DNA from: an uncultured Nitrososphaerales archaeon
GTDB lineage: Archaea > Thermoproteota > Nitrososphaeria > Nitrososphaerales > Nitrososphaeraceae
Length of the DNA stretch: 64,000 bases
Assembly: GCA_963709405.1 (NCBI GenBank)
Contig: CAVPXM010000047.1
Span: 32,001 to 96,000, forward strand
Direction of reading: 5' to 3'
The position numbers and the translations under genes are program-made. This document shows, one piece after another, positions 22,101 to 30,993 of the stretch; within the stretch, counting starts at the first letter, position 1; every line of letters starts with the position of its first letter. The notes beneath the pieces were generated by a model. The model did not search any database. It was not told the origin of the DNA and saw only the letters and a program-made list of their open reading frames with translations.

Positions 22101-22515
22101 TCAACTTAGGTTCAGGTAAATTATGCAATATGCACGCATTTGACTTCACCATGACCGGCATGTCACCTACATGAATAAATCTTGATTCGAGTATTTTACC
22201 GTCCTCAACTATACTTGACTCAAGCATAATTGGAGAAGCATATGTTAAATTTCGAAGTCTCGCTTCCATAGGCGCTACGTGGGTTATAGATCCATCCAGT
22301 TCCATGATTCTCGGCTGTTGCAGCTTTATCTTGCCAAGTTTAATCTTGTATGGATATTCGGCCGTTTCGATTTCGATCTCTCCAACCTCGTCAATTATGC
22401 TCTGTAAACCTCGTTCCATAAATTCGTTATATGAATTTAAGTGCTGGCGAGCAACCCCTTCTCGTCTCAAAATATCATTAATAATTGGCCACATTCCAAG
22501 CAATTCAGTCATCAA
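19165..22515 (-). CDS. rpoB: DNA-directed RNA polymerase subunit B (single chain)
   Basis: ETPEGSNCGLVKNL, GDKFASRHGQKG, GGLRFGEMERD. Confidence 0.98.
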   Translation of the reverse strand: MMTELLGMWPIINDILRREGVARQHLNSYNEFMERGLQSIIDEVGEIEIETAEYPYKIKLGKIKLQQPRIMELDGSITHVAPMEARLRNLTYASPIMLESSIVEDGKILESRFIHVGDMPVMVKSNACILHNLPEPKLIEMGEDSKDPGGYFVINGSERVIVGLEDLSYNKIIVDAEETTGTLLYKAKVYSSIVGYRAKLELIMRPDGSVVAKIPGSPVDIPLVTLIRALGLESDKDIANAVSLNGIIQDELEPSFEKAGDVITSQDAIIYISKRIAPGMLEEFQIKRAETLLDWGLLPHLGKNPDNRHEKALFLGEAASKLIELKMGWIDSDDKDHYGNKVIKFAGQMLADLFRTAFRNLIRDMKYQLERSGQKRGINAVAAAVRPGIISDKLNNAIATGNWGRGRVGVTQLLDRTNYMSTISHLRRIQSPLSRSQPNFEARDLHATHFGRICPAETPEGSNCGLVKNLALSAIISVSAPPAEIVEKLFELGVEHIDEAKEPLKKIGTRIFVDGQLIGYAEDGEHLAHTLRTMRRAGKIYPHVGIYFYSTFNENATKRMYISCNAGRVLRPLAVVKEGKPLMTNEIIDKVTKKFLSWSDLLYMGIIELVDANEEENCYIAIDASKMDNAHTHVEIFPSAILGVGASIIPYPEHNQSPRNTYESAMAKQSLGFSTPLMNASTYVRQHFMLYPQIPVVNTKAINLLGLDERPTGQNAIVAVLPFEGYNIEDAIVFNKSSVDRGLGRTFFYRVYEAEAKQYPGGMKDNFELPLSDANIRGYRGEKAYRLLEQDGAIMHEAVVSGGDILIGRTSPPRFMEEYKEFEVKGPYRRDTSVGVRPSENGVVDTVIMTQSVEGGKMFKIRVRDMRIPEIGDKFASRHGQKGVVGMLVSQEDLPYTAEGVVPDIMINPHAFPSRMTVGQFMESLGGKAASLRGKIVDGSAFLGEKLDDIKDVMAQYGFDYSGKEIMYDGRTGKRFPADVYIGVVYYQKLHHMVADKIHSRARGQVQMLTKQPTEGRARGGGLRFGEMERDCLIAYGASMMLKDRLLEESDKAEVNICERCGLLAYFDVKQRRYVCRVDGEKGKISSVIIAYAFKLLLQEMMSLNVAPRLIAREKV

Positions 22516-22519
22516 ATAT

Positions 22520-22771
22520 CTAGCCTTCTACGACGTAGCGGTAATATACACTTTCACCTGCGGTTGGGCTCTTTCTTGTTATTTTTATAATGTCTCCGGG
22601 ACGTACCTCAAGATCCTCTATTCCTTTATCAGTCGTCGTGATATAAGGTAGCTGGCTAGGCTTTGCGTTAAATTTTCTTAACACTTCCTCTGCCAATTCC
22701 TTTGGCAATATTTCGTGCTTTGGCTGATAAACGTGATCAGTTATCGTTATGACTTTCTTTTCTGATGACAT
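22520..22771 (-). CDS. rpoH: RNA polymerase subunit H (Rpo5)
   Basis: PKHEIL, QLPYI, PGDIIKITRKSPTAG..YYRYVV. Confidence 0.96.
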   Translation of the reverse strand: MSSEKKVITITDHVYQPKHEILPKELAEEVLRKFNAKPSQLPYITTTDKGIEDLEVRPGDIIKITRKSPTAGESVYYRYVVEG

Positions 22772-22856
22772 CTTTTTATGATCCTCCTATAGTAGCCTTG
22801 TACGACAAATGCCATGGTAGAAAATTTTGAGTGAACACTAAGAGGAGGGAGAGCAA

Positions 22857-22878
22857 GATATCACATATAAGTGATATC
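22857..22878. promoter_or_regulatory. Perfect 8-bp inverted repeat around a TATA-like hexamer upstream of the RNAP operon
   Basis: GATATCAC-ATATAA-GTGATATC; spacer reads TTATAT on the minus strand. Confidence 0.5.
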
Positions 22879-22964
22879 GATTAAATGTCATTAAAGCCTC
22901 ATAACAAAAAACCAAAAGAGGTAAGTTAGATGATCATTTGAGCATTTCAGAAGAAATGATTATT

Positions 22965-24095
22965 TTATGCATTTGTGTCAAATTCGGATTTAACAAAAAT
23001 AATGTCTGCGTCCGAGATTATAAGGATCTTATGATTTTTTCCATGCTTCGCTATCAAGCGATCTAACACTTCTTTGCTTCCACTGTATGGTATTAAGCCT
23101 AATTTCATATTTAGATAATATTGTGGGAGTGTCGACAAAATACCCAGGTCATAGTGTAATTTCAACTCTCGCAAGTACAAGAGATGCTCTAGTCCCTCAA
23201 CATACGAGAGACCATTAAGAGCTGATTCTGCCTCAATTCGACCCTCCACAAAATCCCGGAGCACGCCACTACCTAAGCCTTGAATGTTCTCTGCCAATAA
23301 CACAGCTGAACCATTCTTTTTTACTAGATGTATCGAGTTCCATAGCGAGTTTAAAGAACACGAAAGAGTCTGATGCGGTCCTTCCTCATCACTCGCGCTA
23401 ATAATCGCTGAACTAGTCCTGATCTCGTCACTCACAATTATTGAAGATAAATGGCCAATTGCATTGTTAAATGCCTTAACCACATCATCATAATAAATGG
23501 CGGAAATTCCACACGAATTAGCTATCACTTCAATACACTCAGTCCTCATGTCGCTGAATGCTGAAAGTGCAACATCCAAGGGTGGTCCCACAACTCCTGG
23601 TGTTGGTAAATTCGTTACCCTTGAATTATAAGCTTTTGTCATCTTATCTGGATTATAATTTCGAAGTAGCGTTGTGGGTGCACCACTAAATCCAAACAAT
23701 GGATCATACTTTGTATGAGAAATCATTAAGACTCGTTGAAATTTTTTAAACTTTTCGCCTAATGGCTCTGAATCAATTCTGTCTATAATAAAATCCTTAT
23801 TAGAAATATTTGCGCGTAATACTTCAAGACATCTGGAAAAAGTCTGGATCGATATCTTTGATAAATCTATCGATTTATTGAGATCTAGAATGGTATCGAC
23901 GACTTTGGCTACCGACTTTGAGCTGTCTAATAGAAGAATAAGGGTACTGCTATCCAACTTTACCCTGCTGAGAATATCCCTTATTTTGTCATCGGTTAGA
24001 AGGTCTAGATTCGATGAAATATGCTTTAAAAGATTCTCGAACCTGATGTCGAGTACTATATATGTATGTCCGTACTTGAGCCATATTTCAGGCAT
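22965..24095 (-). CDS. LarA (lactate racemase)-fold protein, catalytically degenerate
   Basis: N-terminal IWLKYG..I.LDI, YDPLFGFSGAPTTLLR (LarA-type HFFAGFSGGxK segment), LVKKNGSAVLLAE..QGLGS; likely start ATG 24095. Confidence 0.68.
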   Translation of the reverse strand: MPEIWLKYGHTYIVLDIRFENLLKHISSNLDLLTDDKIRDILSRVKLDSSTLILLLDSSKSVAKVVDTILDLNKSIDLSKISIQTFSRCLEVLRANISNKDFIIDRIDSEPLGEKFKKFQRVLMISHTKYDPLFGFSGAPTTLLRNYNPDKMTKAYNSRVTNLPTPGVVGPPLDVALSAFSDMRTECIEVIANSCGISAIYYDDVVKAFNNAIGHLSSIIVSDEIRTSSAIISASDEEGPHQTLSCSLNSLWNSIHLVKKNGSAVLLAENIQGLGSGVLRDFVEGRIEAESALNGLSYVEGLEHLLYLRELKLHYDLGILSTLPQYYLNMKLGLIPYSGSKEVLDRLIAKHGKNHKILIISDADIIFVKSEFDTNA

Positions 24096-24621
24096 CAAGA
24101 AGCAATGATGTAAAGTTAAAATAAATCTGTTTCCGTTCAACACCTATTTGACATTGCGTTCCATATTGCTTGTCTCTTGTTTTGGAGTTTCCTCTTAATC
24201 CACATTTACATCTAGAAAATTCACCCGGTTAGTAGTAGCTCAGCAATAATTCGATAACTCTCTCACTCTACTTCCTCAAACTTAGCCCCTCTATTATTAT
24301 ATACTTGCAAGGGCAAAGAAATATGGACTCACTTATTCATGGCTATATCCGCATGAAACGCCATGAAAGAGATAATTAAATTAGGTAACATGCTACAGGT
24401 CCTGACCAATAACTCGACGTCCTAGCTGTATAACGACGCTAGGGTAAAAAAAATTTAGCCTGTAGTTTTAAGGCTGCATCAAGTAGTGCAAACCAAATGC
24501 TGTTATTCAAGCTTTATAGTAAACAGATATTCTTTGCATTTAGTTTCTAGGATGACTGAACTGCTCCTGTGGATATGAACATTTATTTCATTACAAGAAA
24601 ACAGCATCAAGTCAGGTATCG

Positions 24622-25186
24622 TTAACTTTCGTATATCATTAAATTCTTTTCTTCCAGCAAAGTATGCAAATTATGTACTGCTCTATATACCTCACTTTCT
24701 TTTTTTGCGCCAGTACAGACTAACTTTCCGCTCGCAAATAACAAGATCACAGTTTTTGGATCTAACATCCTGTGTATCAGGCCAGGAAACTGCTCCGGTT
24801 CATACATACTTCTCGGAAGTACTCTGGCAGCTCAGCTCTAAGTGAATTTTACCACCTAGGCTCGCAGAGGCTACTATATTCTGAATTTCTATTTGTGGTT
24901 CGTGCTCTATAGGTATTCCCCCTTTCTTTAATTTCTGAACTACGTTCTTTACTGCTTTTATTGCTTGGTCCTCTGACTTTGCGCCAGTGCATACCATCTT
25001 CCCAGAGCTGAAAATTAACGTAGCTGTTTTTGGCGATTTCAATCTGAACACTAATCCGGGAAATTGATCTGGATGATACTCAACATCTGGAAAAATTTGA
25101 GTAATAAGATTTAGATTCACGGTTTGATTCACAGTAGCCGAAGCTACAACATTTTCAATGCTAACGATGGGCTTGGTTTGTGGCAT
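24622..25186 (-). CDS. tbp: TATA-box binding protein, split by +1 frameshift near 24833
   Basis: Two repeats: [34 protein letters not shown] and [33 protein letters not shown]. Confidence 0.96.
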
Positions 25187-25566
25187 ACTATAAGGGGGTT
25201 TATATATAGGCAATATATATACTGTTTATAATATCATTATAGTAGATTTTAACATGGATTTTGAATCCCCATAAAAGTTTTAGAATACATAAGGTTACCG
25301 GACTGCGGCGACTAAACAAATCAATCATTCTATTATCTTAGAATTATCATGGCTAAGTAAACCGAATTTCGAGTTCGTGATAAGAGAATGCTCACTCAGA
25401 TTAATTTTAACACAAAAAGAGAATCTAATAGAAAGCTTCAACCTTTACGATCAGTGTTTGGTTATAACGCTAGACATGTGGTATAGCTTCTGCTGAAAGT
25501 CTAATTCCCAATATTTCATCTCACTGTCCGAAACTCCTTTGCTGTGTGAGTGTTTTTTCGACGTAA

Positions 25567-26520
25567 TCAAGCGTAAATATATCTTGAGCTTAATTTCAAT
25601 AATCTATTATTTGTCAAAAAAGAACACTCTCTCAACTCGTGCTTCAGAGCGTCCTTAATCACGAAGAGCTGTAGAACAAACAGTGATTGTAGCAACACAT
25701 TGAGAAAATTCTGAGGCGAACAATCAAAATCACATATTGTAATATTCAATCCGGTATAACCAGCCCGAAATAGCTTGGGTTTTCTGAAAAAATTGCTTCC
25801 GTTATCAAGTATTATTATCCGATCCGTCTTTCTAACCCCAAAAATTGGTGCATGAAAAAACTCGTCTACAGTATATGGATAAGATCTTATTCCGATAACT
25901 TCGTTTACCTTTAATGCCCCGTAAATAGCAATGGGGAACAAAATACCACTGCCCAGAATTATGTACGAACTAAAATTTCGTGCACTAATAATCTTGCTGC
26001 TTATTTTGTCCGCCACTTCAAAAATGGAGGTTAGATCAGGTAGTCGATCAATTCTCCTGAGAAGCGAGAGACAGGCGAGAACACAAGCACTAAACCCTAC
26101 CGAGCCAGAAGTAGTGATGCCCGTACTTCGATAGTTTAGCTCAATCACTTCATCGCAAATGTTTGCTAGTTTACTCTTGGGATACCTAGTAATGGCAACG
26201 GTTTTTACATTCTTCCTTTTTGCGAGTCTTGCTGCCAAAATATTATCGAGCGTGTTCCCAGAAATCGATATAAAATATGCAGTCTTGTTTTTTAGGATAT
26301 CAGGATCAGCCAATATGTCAGTGGGGAAACATGATCGTGCCATATGACTGGAAGCATACTGTGCAATAAGGGCTGCTACATGAGAGTCTCCCGATCCGAC
26401 GAACAGGCAATTTTCAGCTCTATCGGAAATCTTGAGATTCAATCCGATAAGGTCTTCCAGTTGATACCTTACTTCAATGTACATCGCGAGAAGGGAATCC
26501 ATGAGAAGGTAATTATACAT
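25567..26520 (-). CDS. SIS-domain sugar-phosphate isomerase (GlmS/AgaS-like)
   Basis: FVGSGDS, ISISGNT, ALKVNE, EFFHAP double-SIS pattern. Confidence 0.8.
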   Translation of the reverse strand: MYNYLLMDSLLAMYIEVRYQLEDLIGLNLKISDRAENCLFVGSGDSHVAALIAQYASSHMARSCFPTDILADPDILKNKTAYFISISGNTLDNILAARLAKRKNVKTVAITRYPKSKLANICDEVIELNYRSTGITTSGSVGFSACVLACLSLLRRIDRLPDLTSIFEVADKISSKIISARNFSSYIILGSGILFPIAIYGALKVNEVIGIRSYPYTVDEFFHAPIFGVRKTDRIIILDNGSNFFRKPKLFRAGYTGLNITICDFDCSPQNFLNVLLQSLFVLQLFVIKDALKHELRECSFLTNNRLLKLSSRYIYA

Positions 26521-26656
26521 CCTCCATTTATGATTTTCATGAATGTGAATTTTTTAGGTTGAATTGATCGGGCCCATTCCATAACCCGTTAGTCAGCGAC
26601 TTTGCTTGGCTTAAAATAAGACAAGAATATTTAGTACTAAATCGATTAATGTAATT

Positions 26657-27082
26657 ATGGTTAATTACTATCAAATCTTACAGGTTAATCCTTCTGCAAC
26701 ACCGAATGAAATAAAACAGTCCTTCCGCAATCTAGCACTAAAATATCATCCTGACAAGAACAAGAATTCTGAGGATTCAAAAGAGAAATTTATGCAAATC
26801 ATAGAGGCTTATGAAGTCCTTTCTGACGAGTACGCAAGGAAGAGGTATGATTTTGCTAATTCGCAAAGTCGATCTAACCAAGTTGGCCAAAGATGGGTGC
26901 CTTCAGCAGATTTCCATAAAGTCTATAGCTATTCAGAAATAAAAAAACAATATGCAAGTAACGGGATAACTGGCGGGATGTGGGACATAAATGAAAGAAC
27001 TAGCAGTGGGTTGTGGAAGGCTACGATGGTTTTATTTGGAGGCCTTGCAGTTATGGTGACGATTATAATCCTGTCTCATTGA
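26657..27082 (+). CDS. J-domain protein with C-terminal membrane anchor
   Basis: [24 protein letters not shown]; hydrophobic C-terminal helix. Confidence 0.88.
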   Translation: MVNYYQILQVNPSATPNEIKQSFRNLALKYHPDKNKNSEDSKEKFMQIIEAYEVLSDEYARKRYDFANSQSRSNQVGQRWVPSADFHKVYSYSEIKKQYASNGITGGMWDINERTSSGLWKATMVLFGGLAVMVTIIILSH

Positions 27083-27299
27083 TGCCAGTCAGTGTTAATG
27101 CTTCCTTAGCTCATTTTTTGATCCGACCGAAAAGGCCGAGCTGATACTTACTATTTGGTCCTAGAAATAAGGTGATTTACTAAAGTTCCCTTGTCATGGC
27201 GTGTGTATGCCAAGAATGGGCGTTCCACATATTGTTCATCTTCAATTTAGGATTCGAGCTCAAAAGAATTAAAAGAGGTAACATGAAATTGTCTCTAAA

Positions 27300-27596
27300 A
27301 TGCGCGTAATCGCTATGGGAAGTCGTGTCTTTGTGACTAGTTTTCAACTAGCCGGTGTGGAAGGAATTAAGGTATCTTCTTCTGCTCAAATATTAGGCGA
27401 AATTAACAAATTAAGATCATCCGAGGACGTGGGCCTGATTCTTCTGAGTGATGACATGGCAAAGGAGATTCGGTTTCAACTTACTGATATGAGATCAAAA
27501 AGACCTATTCCTCTAATTTTCGAATTACCAGCTCCTGGGAGCACGAAACAAAGCGTCGATTACAGAGCTTTACTTAAGCAGATCTTGGGTGTCTAG
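27300..27596 (+). CDS. atpF: A/V-type ATP synthase subunit F
   Basis: FVTSFQLAGV, VGLILL, PLIFELP, LKQILGV; 98 aa. Confidence 0.88.
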   Translation: MRVIAMGSRVFVTSFQLAGVEGIKVSSSAQILGEINKLRSSEDVGLILLSDDMAKEIRFQLTDMRSKRPIPLIFELPAPGSTKQSVDYRALLKQILGV

Positions 27597-27621
27597 TTCT
27601 GTATAAGTTTAATTCCATCAT

Positions 27622-28411
27622 CTAATTATTGACTGGCATATCTCCAATGAGCTCCCTTCCTCCCGAATATTAGATAAGCTGTATGTCCCACCATCCTCAT
27701 CGATGGTCTTGTCATTCCTTCCCTCGCCTCAATGGTTCTTATTAACACTTCACTACAATCGATATCCACATAATCATTATTTTGAAGTGCTATAGCAGTT
27801 TTTTCGACCTGATTAATTGTGGGACAAATCGCTACAAAAGCTCCACTTTGTTTTAATGCCTCGTAAACCTGTACAACTACCGTCCACGGGTCGCCTAGGT
27901 CAACTATTGCTACGTCAAAATCCTTCTCATTGATTCCCTGCCTGGCGTCAAGTTCAATAAGTGTCACAAATTCCGACATACCAGCCTTGCTTAAATTTCG
28001 CTTTGCAATAACTATTGAATCATGGTTAATATCATAAGAGTAAATGTGACCGGTCGGCTTAACTATACTAGCGAGGAATGTGGTCAAAGCTCCACTTCCG
28101 GTTCCAACCTCAAGAACCTGCGATCCATTCATCAGTCCAGTTCTTACGACAATATACCCGAGATCTTTTGGATACACAATTTGCGTTCGCCGTTCTGATT
28201 TCATTATAAAATCGTGCATTGTGGGCTTGATGAGATAGATGACTTTGCCCAAGGGAGTCTCCAAAGCTGCTCCATAATCCATCCCAATTATTGATGGTAT
28301 GTCTATAACTCCGAGATGAGTATGCAGTTTTTTTTCTGATGTTACCTTAATTAGCCATTTCTTACTTCGATTATGAAATAACAGTACGTAGGATCCTTCT
28401 TCGATCTTCAT
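27622..28411 (-). CDS. trmI: tRNA (adenine-57/58-N1)-methyltransferase
   Basis: RRTQIVYPKD, LEVGTGSGALT, DLGDPW, PTINQV, MVGHTAYL; last codons possibly frameshifted near 27655 (stop 27622 or 27626). Confidence 0.92.
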
Positions 28412-28642
28412 ACATGGTTCTCGAGCTAGTTTTAGATGATAAAAATCTTCGTTATTATTATGTGGAGATACGCAATATCAAAATTGGGTATTTGATGATA
28501 ATCTGTTTTTACGAGATGAACATGACAGATAAACCACAGATTAATATTTCATTTTGAATATCCAGCGAATTAAATACCTTCCAATATTAGATAATTCGGA
28601 TTTTTTATACTAATAAATTAACTTGGCAATCTAATCCGAACT

Positions 28643-29158
28643 CTATCCACCGGTTAATCTAATAAACCTATTCTCTTTGCCTAAATGCTTGCCGGCAATA
28701 GCAGCATAATCTAAATTTGCTAGTGCTATATTAGCTGATTTTCTCACCTCCTCATTGGTGTCATTCAATGCACCATTTAGAACATCTCTAGCCTTTTCAG
28801 AGCCTATAACTCCTAATGCAATTGCTGCTTCGTGTCGTACAAAGAAACTGGGATCTGACTCGACTGCATTGGTTAGAGGTTCAATTGCACTTGTAAAACC
28901 CAGTTGTCCCAGGGAGAAAGCTGCTTCGTGTCTGACCAGTGGCTCTACATCTGTTCTAAGAACCTTGCTAATCTCCTCAACTGCTAATTCAGTTGCAATA
29001 TCGGCTAAAATACAAACAGCTCTCGTTCGAATTACTATATCTTGGTGATTGAGAAGCTGCACAAAGTATTTTTCATTACTATTTTCATACTGTCGTTCCA
29101 TCTCCGATAGCGTATTCATCCTATTATTCACCGCGTTGGTTGAGTTGAAAGCATTCAT
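28643..29158 (-). CDS. HEAT/PBS-lyase repeat protein resembling one half of deoxyhypusine hydroxylase
   Basis: Four HEAT repeats; VRHEAAFSLGQ and VRHEAAIALGVIG His-Glu motifs. Confidence 0.85.
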   Translation of the reverse strand: MNAFNSTNAVNNRMNTLSEMERQYENSNEKYFVQLLNHQDIVIRTRAVCILADIATELAVEEISKVLRTDVEPLVRHEAAFSLGQLGFTSAIEPLTNAVESDPSFFVRHEAAIALGVIGSEKARDVLNGALNDTNEEVRKSANIALANLDYAAIAGKHLGKENRFIRLTGG

Positions 29159-29261
29159 AATTTCTGTCTAGGTCATTATGAGCGCTTATTTTTTTGTTCC
29201 GATATACCTATTTTGAATTAGCTCGACGATTTTATAAGGACCAAAATTAGATAATATAAAG

Positions 29262-29723
29262 ATGCGAATAAGATATTGGAGATTAGGGATATCAGAGGTT
29301 TTAAAAGCTAGATATCCAGTTGACAAAGTAAATCATTGGGAAATTAAATGCATGTTGGGTGAGTATCAACACTTTGGGGTGTTCTGGTACAAATATGGTA
29401 CTCCATTTGACAAGGAGCTTATTCCAGGAATATGTTTTTATTACAATGAGATTCCTGATACGACAGTGCAAGAAATCGTTCAATTGTTGCATGACAAATT
29501 TGGAGGCGATATTCTATATCGACAAACTAGAGTTTTCTTACGTGGCTCGCGAGAATTTGCTGCATCTGACCAAGTCGGCATGCTAGCAAATCAATTGAGT
29601 CTCAAATTCAACTCTCCAGTCGAAATCAGTATTGAATTTGAAAAGATTACCGAGGAAGAAAAGCAGCAGAATTCTTTGAGCCTACCAACCACTAAAGCAT
29701 TACCAATTGTAGGTCCAGATTAG
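29262..29723 (+). CDS. Hypothetical protein
   Basis: 153-aa ORF with TTTATAA box about 25 nt upstream of ATG; no family recognised. Confidence 0.7.
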   Translation: MRIRYWRLGISEVLKARYPVDKVNHWEIKCMLGEYQHFGVFWYKYGTPFDKELIPGICFYYNEIPDTTVQEIVQLLHDKFGGDILYRQTRVFLRGSREFAASDQVGMLANQLSLKFNSPVEISIEFEKITEEEKQQNSLSLPTTKALPIVGPD

Positions 29724-29855
29724 ATTAGTATCAGGTTTTTTCAAAATTCAACTGCTGAAAAGCACTATTCTGAAGTCCGGCTTCACGTCTGTCGTAAATC
29801 TGGCATACAACACATCCGTACTCTAAGCCCTACTCTAGTTGCAATATTGATATAG

Positions 29856-30353
29856 GTGAAAATGGTAGGGGGTGGTGAATCAATGGACGATTTATCATTA
29901 AGGGAAGCAATTCTTCTATTGCAGGATTCCAAGGTCGGGGAGTTTAATCTTTGGCGATTTAAGAATTTAACTGTAAAGGTCGACCTAAGTGACATGGATT
30001 TTTCAGGTAAAGATCTGTCTGGGGCCCGTCTAAATGGAGCAATTTGTGCTCGTTCCGATTTTTCTGGTTGCAACCTTTCTCACATAAACCTCGTGCAAGC
30101 CGATCTTACAGATGCCAATTTTACAAAAGCAGATCTCACTGGAGCAATCCTAATCCTAGCCGAAATGGATCGATGTACTCTGATTGACGCTAATTTGACA
30201 GGGACTAATTTAATGGGCGTGAGGCTAACAAATGCCAACTTGTCTGGCAGTAAGATGATACGTACGATCTTGGTAGAAGCAGATCTTATGAATACTAACA
30301 TAAGTGTAGAAGGAAAGAGTCAAGCCTATACTAAATACGCAAAGTTCTCGTGA
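29856..30353 (+). CDS. Pentapeptide repeat protein
   Basis: Tandem A(D/N)L/F(T/S)x units (ADLTD ANFTK ADLTG, ANLTG, ANLSG); true start may be MDDL at 29883. Confidence 0.88.
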   Translation: MKMVGGGESMDDLSLREAILLLQDSKVGEFNLWRFKNLTVKVDLSDMDFSGKDLSGARLNGAICARSDFSGCNLSHINLVQADLTDANFTKADLTGAILILAEMDRCTLIDANLTGTNLMGVRLTNANLSGSKMIRTILVEADLMNTNISVEGKSQAYTKYAKFS

Positions 30354-30993
30354 ATATTAGTCTCAGAAGTTGTGTTCATATAAATGAATGCTATTGGCAG
30401 CAGTTTTCTTTAACTTAATATGTATCAAATGTCTTATCTAAATCATCAATCTGAAATATTAATAACATATTTTATATTCTTGAGGCAATCATGTTATGAA
30501 GCAGTTCGTTGAAAGCCATTTGAAATTGTGAAAAGTGTCTAGCATTTTTAGGTTTGATAAGTGGCATCAAGGGTCGATGCATGGCATTCATACTAATCCC
30601 CGCCTTAATTTCGCTAATCGAGCATGTTATAATGGCGACGAAAAAATTTAGCATACGATGGTTAGTTTCGACGAAGTTAGGGGTCCTCCTAATTGATAAT
30701 ACCTGTGACCACCACTTGATTACCGAGATCAAAATAGTAAAACCGAGTCTAATTCGTTTTCAGACCGCTGCACCGCAGGTCGCACAGAATTCGAATATTA
30801 AACTTGAAATGCTGCCTTCTACAAATTCGCCATATCCGAAAGGCTAGATCAAGTACTTTACTCTAAGTCATAAACCTTCCAGAATGGGAGGCAGTTTTCT
30901 TACCTGATGATCGCTTTATTGGTATAAAACATTCGTGCCACTTCCGTTCTTTTCTCTGACAGTACAATAGAGAAGATTTATTCTAAGGCGGAT

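Noticed and set aside
26566-26610. GC-rich leader hairpin upstream of the SIS gene as a riboswitch or glmS-type ribozyme
   Set aside because: Only a 5-bp stem and no recognisable conserved core.
27122-27132. TCCGACCGAAA shared with 56749-56759
   Set aside because: An 11-mer match is expected by chance in 64 kb, and the flanks do not align.
27300-27596. Isolated atpF as an anomaly
   Set aside because: To my knowledge subunit F is commonly separate from the main atp operon in this phylum.
30354-30993. 640-bp gap with ORFs of 86 and 97 aa and a minus-strand FCATCGAAV zinc-ribbon-like fragment near 30760-30790
   Set aside because: ORFs show no recognisable motifs; the fragment lacks a start codon and the first CxxC. 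At most a decayed relic.
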